Source of the DNA: a virus
Length of the DNA stretch: 12,958 nucleotides
Direction: 5' to 3' (one strand)
IMG/VR virus record: IMGVR_UViG_3300045988_165111
A program made the position numbers and the translations under genes. Positions within the stretch are counted from its first letter, which is position 1, and each line of letters starts with the position of its first letter. This document shows positions 12,739 to 12,958 of this stretch, piece after piece. The notes below the pieces were generated by a model. The model made no database searches. It had not been told where the DNA came from and was given only the letters and a program-made list of their open reading frames with translations.

Positions 12739-12958
12739 TTCACACGTTCAACTTTTCTACTCATTATTGACACAATTATTTACACGATTTTTGACACAAT
12801 AAATTACACGTGTTATCATTCAAAAATTTTACACACTTTTCACGTTAAAATTTTCGTTGAAAAATTGCACAAATTTCTGACACAAATTTTGTTGAAAAAT
12901 ATTGCACAAATTTTCGGTCAAATTTTGCCCCGATTTTGGGGAAATTTTCAGAGGGGGG
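12739..12958. repeat. Right inverted terminal repeat (220 bp, perfect)
   Basis: Exact reverse complement of 1-220; ends ...CAGAGGGGGG. Confidence 0.97.
12763..12810 (-). repeat. Mirror copy of the 24-bp x2 tandem repeat in the right ITR
   Basis: Follows from perfect ITR identity with 149-196. Confidence 0.9.

Larger units (their letters stand above)
1..12958 (-). mobile_element. Complete linear dsDNA phage genome, protein-primed (phi29-like small podovirus) type, all genes on the minus strand
   Basis: Perfect ITRs sit exactly at both window ends. The window holds a terminal-protein candidate, a protein-primed PolB, a gp16-type ATPase, a gp10-like portal, a capsid gene and tail genes. Coding density on one strand is about 90%. 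Confidence 0.8.

Noticed and set aside
1-12958. Mollicutes-type genetic code (TGA = Trp), suggested by the tiny unidirectional genome and the absence of lysis genes
   Set aside because: Trp codons I checked are TGG (for example DSWEFG in the capsid gene). TGA also works as a sensible stop: reading through the 84-aa gene's TGA at 289-291 would run the ORF through its terminator into the ITR, and the 552-aa and 107-aa ORFs end in TGA at gene junctions. A wall-less host using the standard code is not excluded.
1-12958. Visual over-representation of CGGG/CCCG clusters (AAC-GGG, ACG-GGT, CCG codon contexts) in an otherwise very AT-rich genome
   Set aside because: I cannot quantify it without counting k-mers against a codon-shuffled null. 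It probably reflects codon-pair or Gly/Thr/Pro codon preferences of the host rather than a discrete element.
1-12958. tRNA genes, CRISPR arrays, integrase/excisionase or other lysogeny functions
   Set aside because: There are no cloverleaf-capable GC-rich segments and no regularly spaced repeat-spacer arrays. No ORF shows recombinase motifs. The only HTH protein is a 72-aa Cro-like regulator, which is insufficient to claim lysogeny.

Overview
The window looks like one complete, very small (12,958 bp), AT-rich linear dsDNA phage genome of the protein-primed (phi29-like, small podovirus) type. It is bounded by a perfect 220-bp inverted terminal repeat (1-220 is the exact reverse complement of 12739-12958) that begins 5'-CCCCCC. 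Every credible gene is on the minus strand, so the genome reads right to left: sigmaA-type promoter, an insulated 117-aa early gene with its own terminator, small or frameshifted ORFs, an XRE-type HTH protein, a putative terminal protein, a protein-primed family-B DNA polymerase and a gp16-type packaging ATPase. These are followed by a phi29 gp10-like portal with a ~140-aa acidic repeat tail, two unassigned head-module proteins, the major capsid protein (strong terminator), a tail-knob-like N-domain ORF and a 552-aa tail/receptor-binding protein. Last come a small winged-helix-like ORF translationally coupled to a sigma-70-family protein, and an insulated 84-aa gene with its own promoter and terminator beside the left ITR. 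I see no tRNA, CRISPR, integrase or recognisable holin/endolysin. The most interesting points are: a sigma factor in a 13-kb phage; phased 12/24-bp repeats in the ITRs combined with two monocistronic cassettes at the genome ends (candidate p6/p5-type replication accessory proteins); the acidic portal tail; an apparently split tail-knob gene; and the missing lysis module. All homology statements come from motif recognition by eye and from remembered reference sequences, so they need profile or structure searches.
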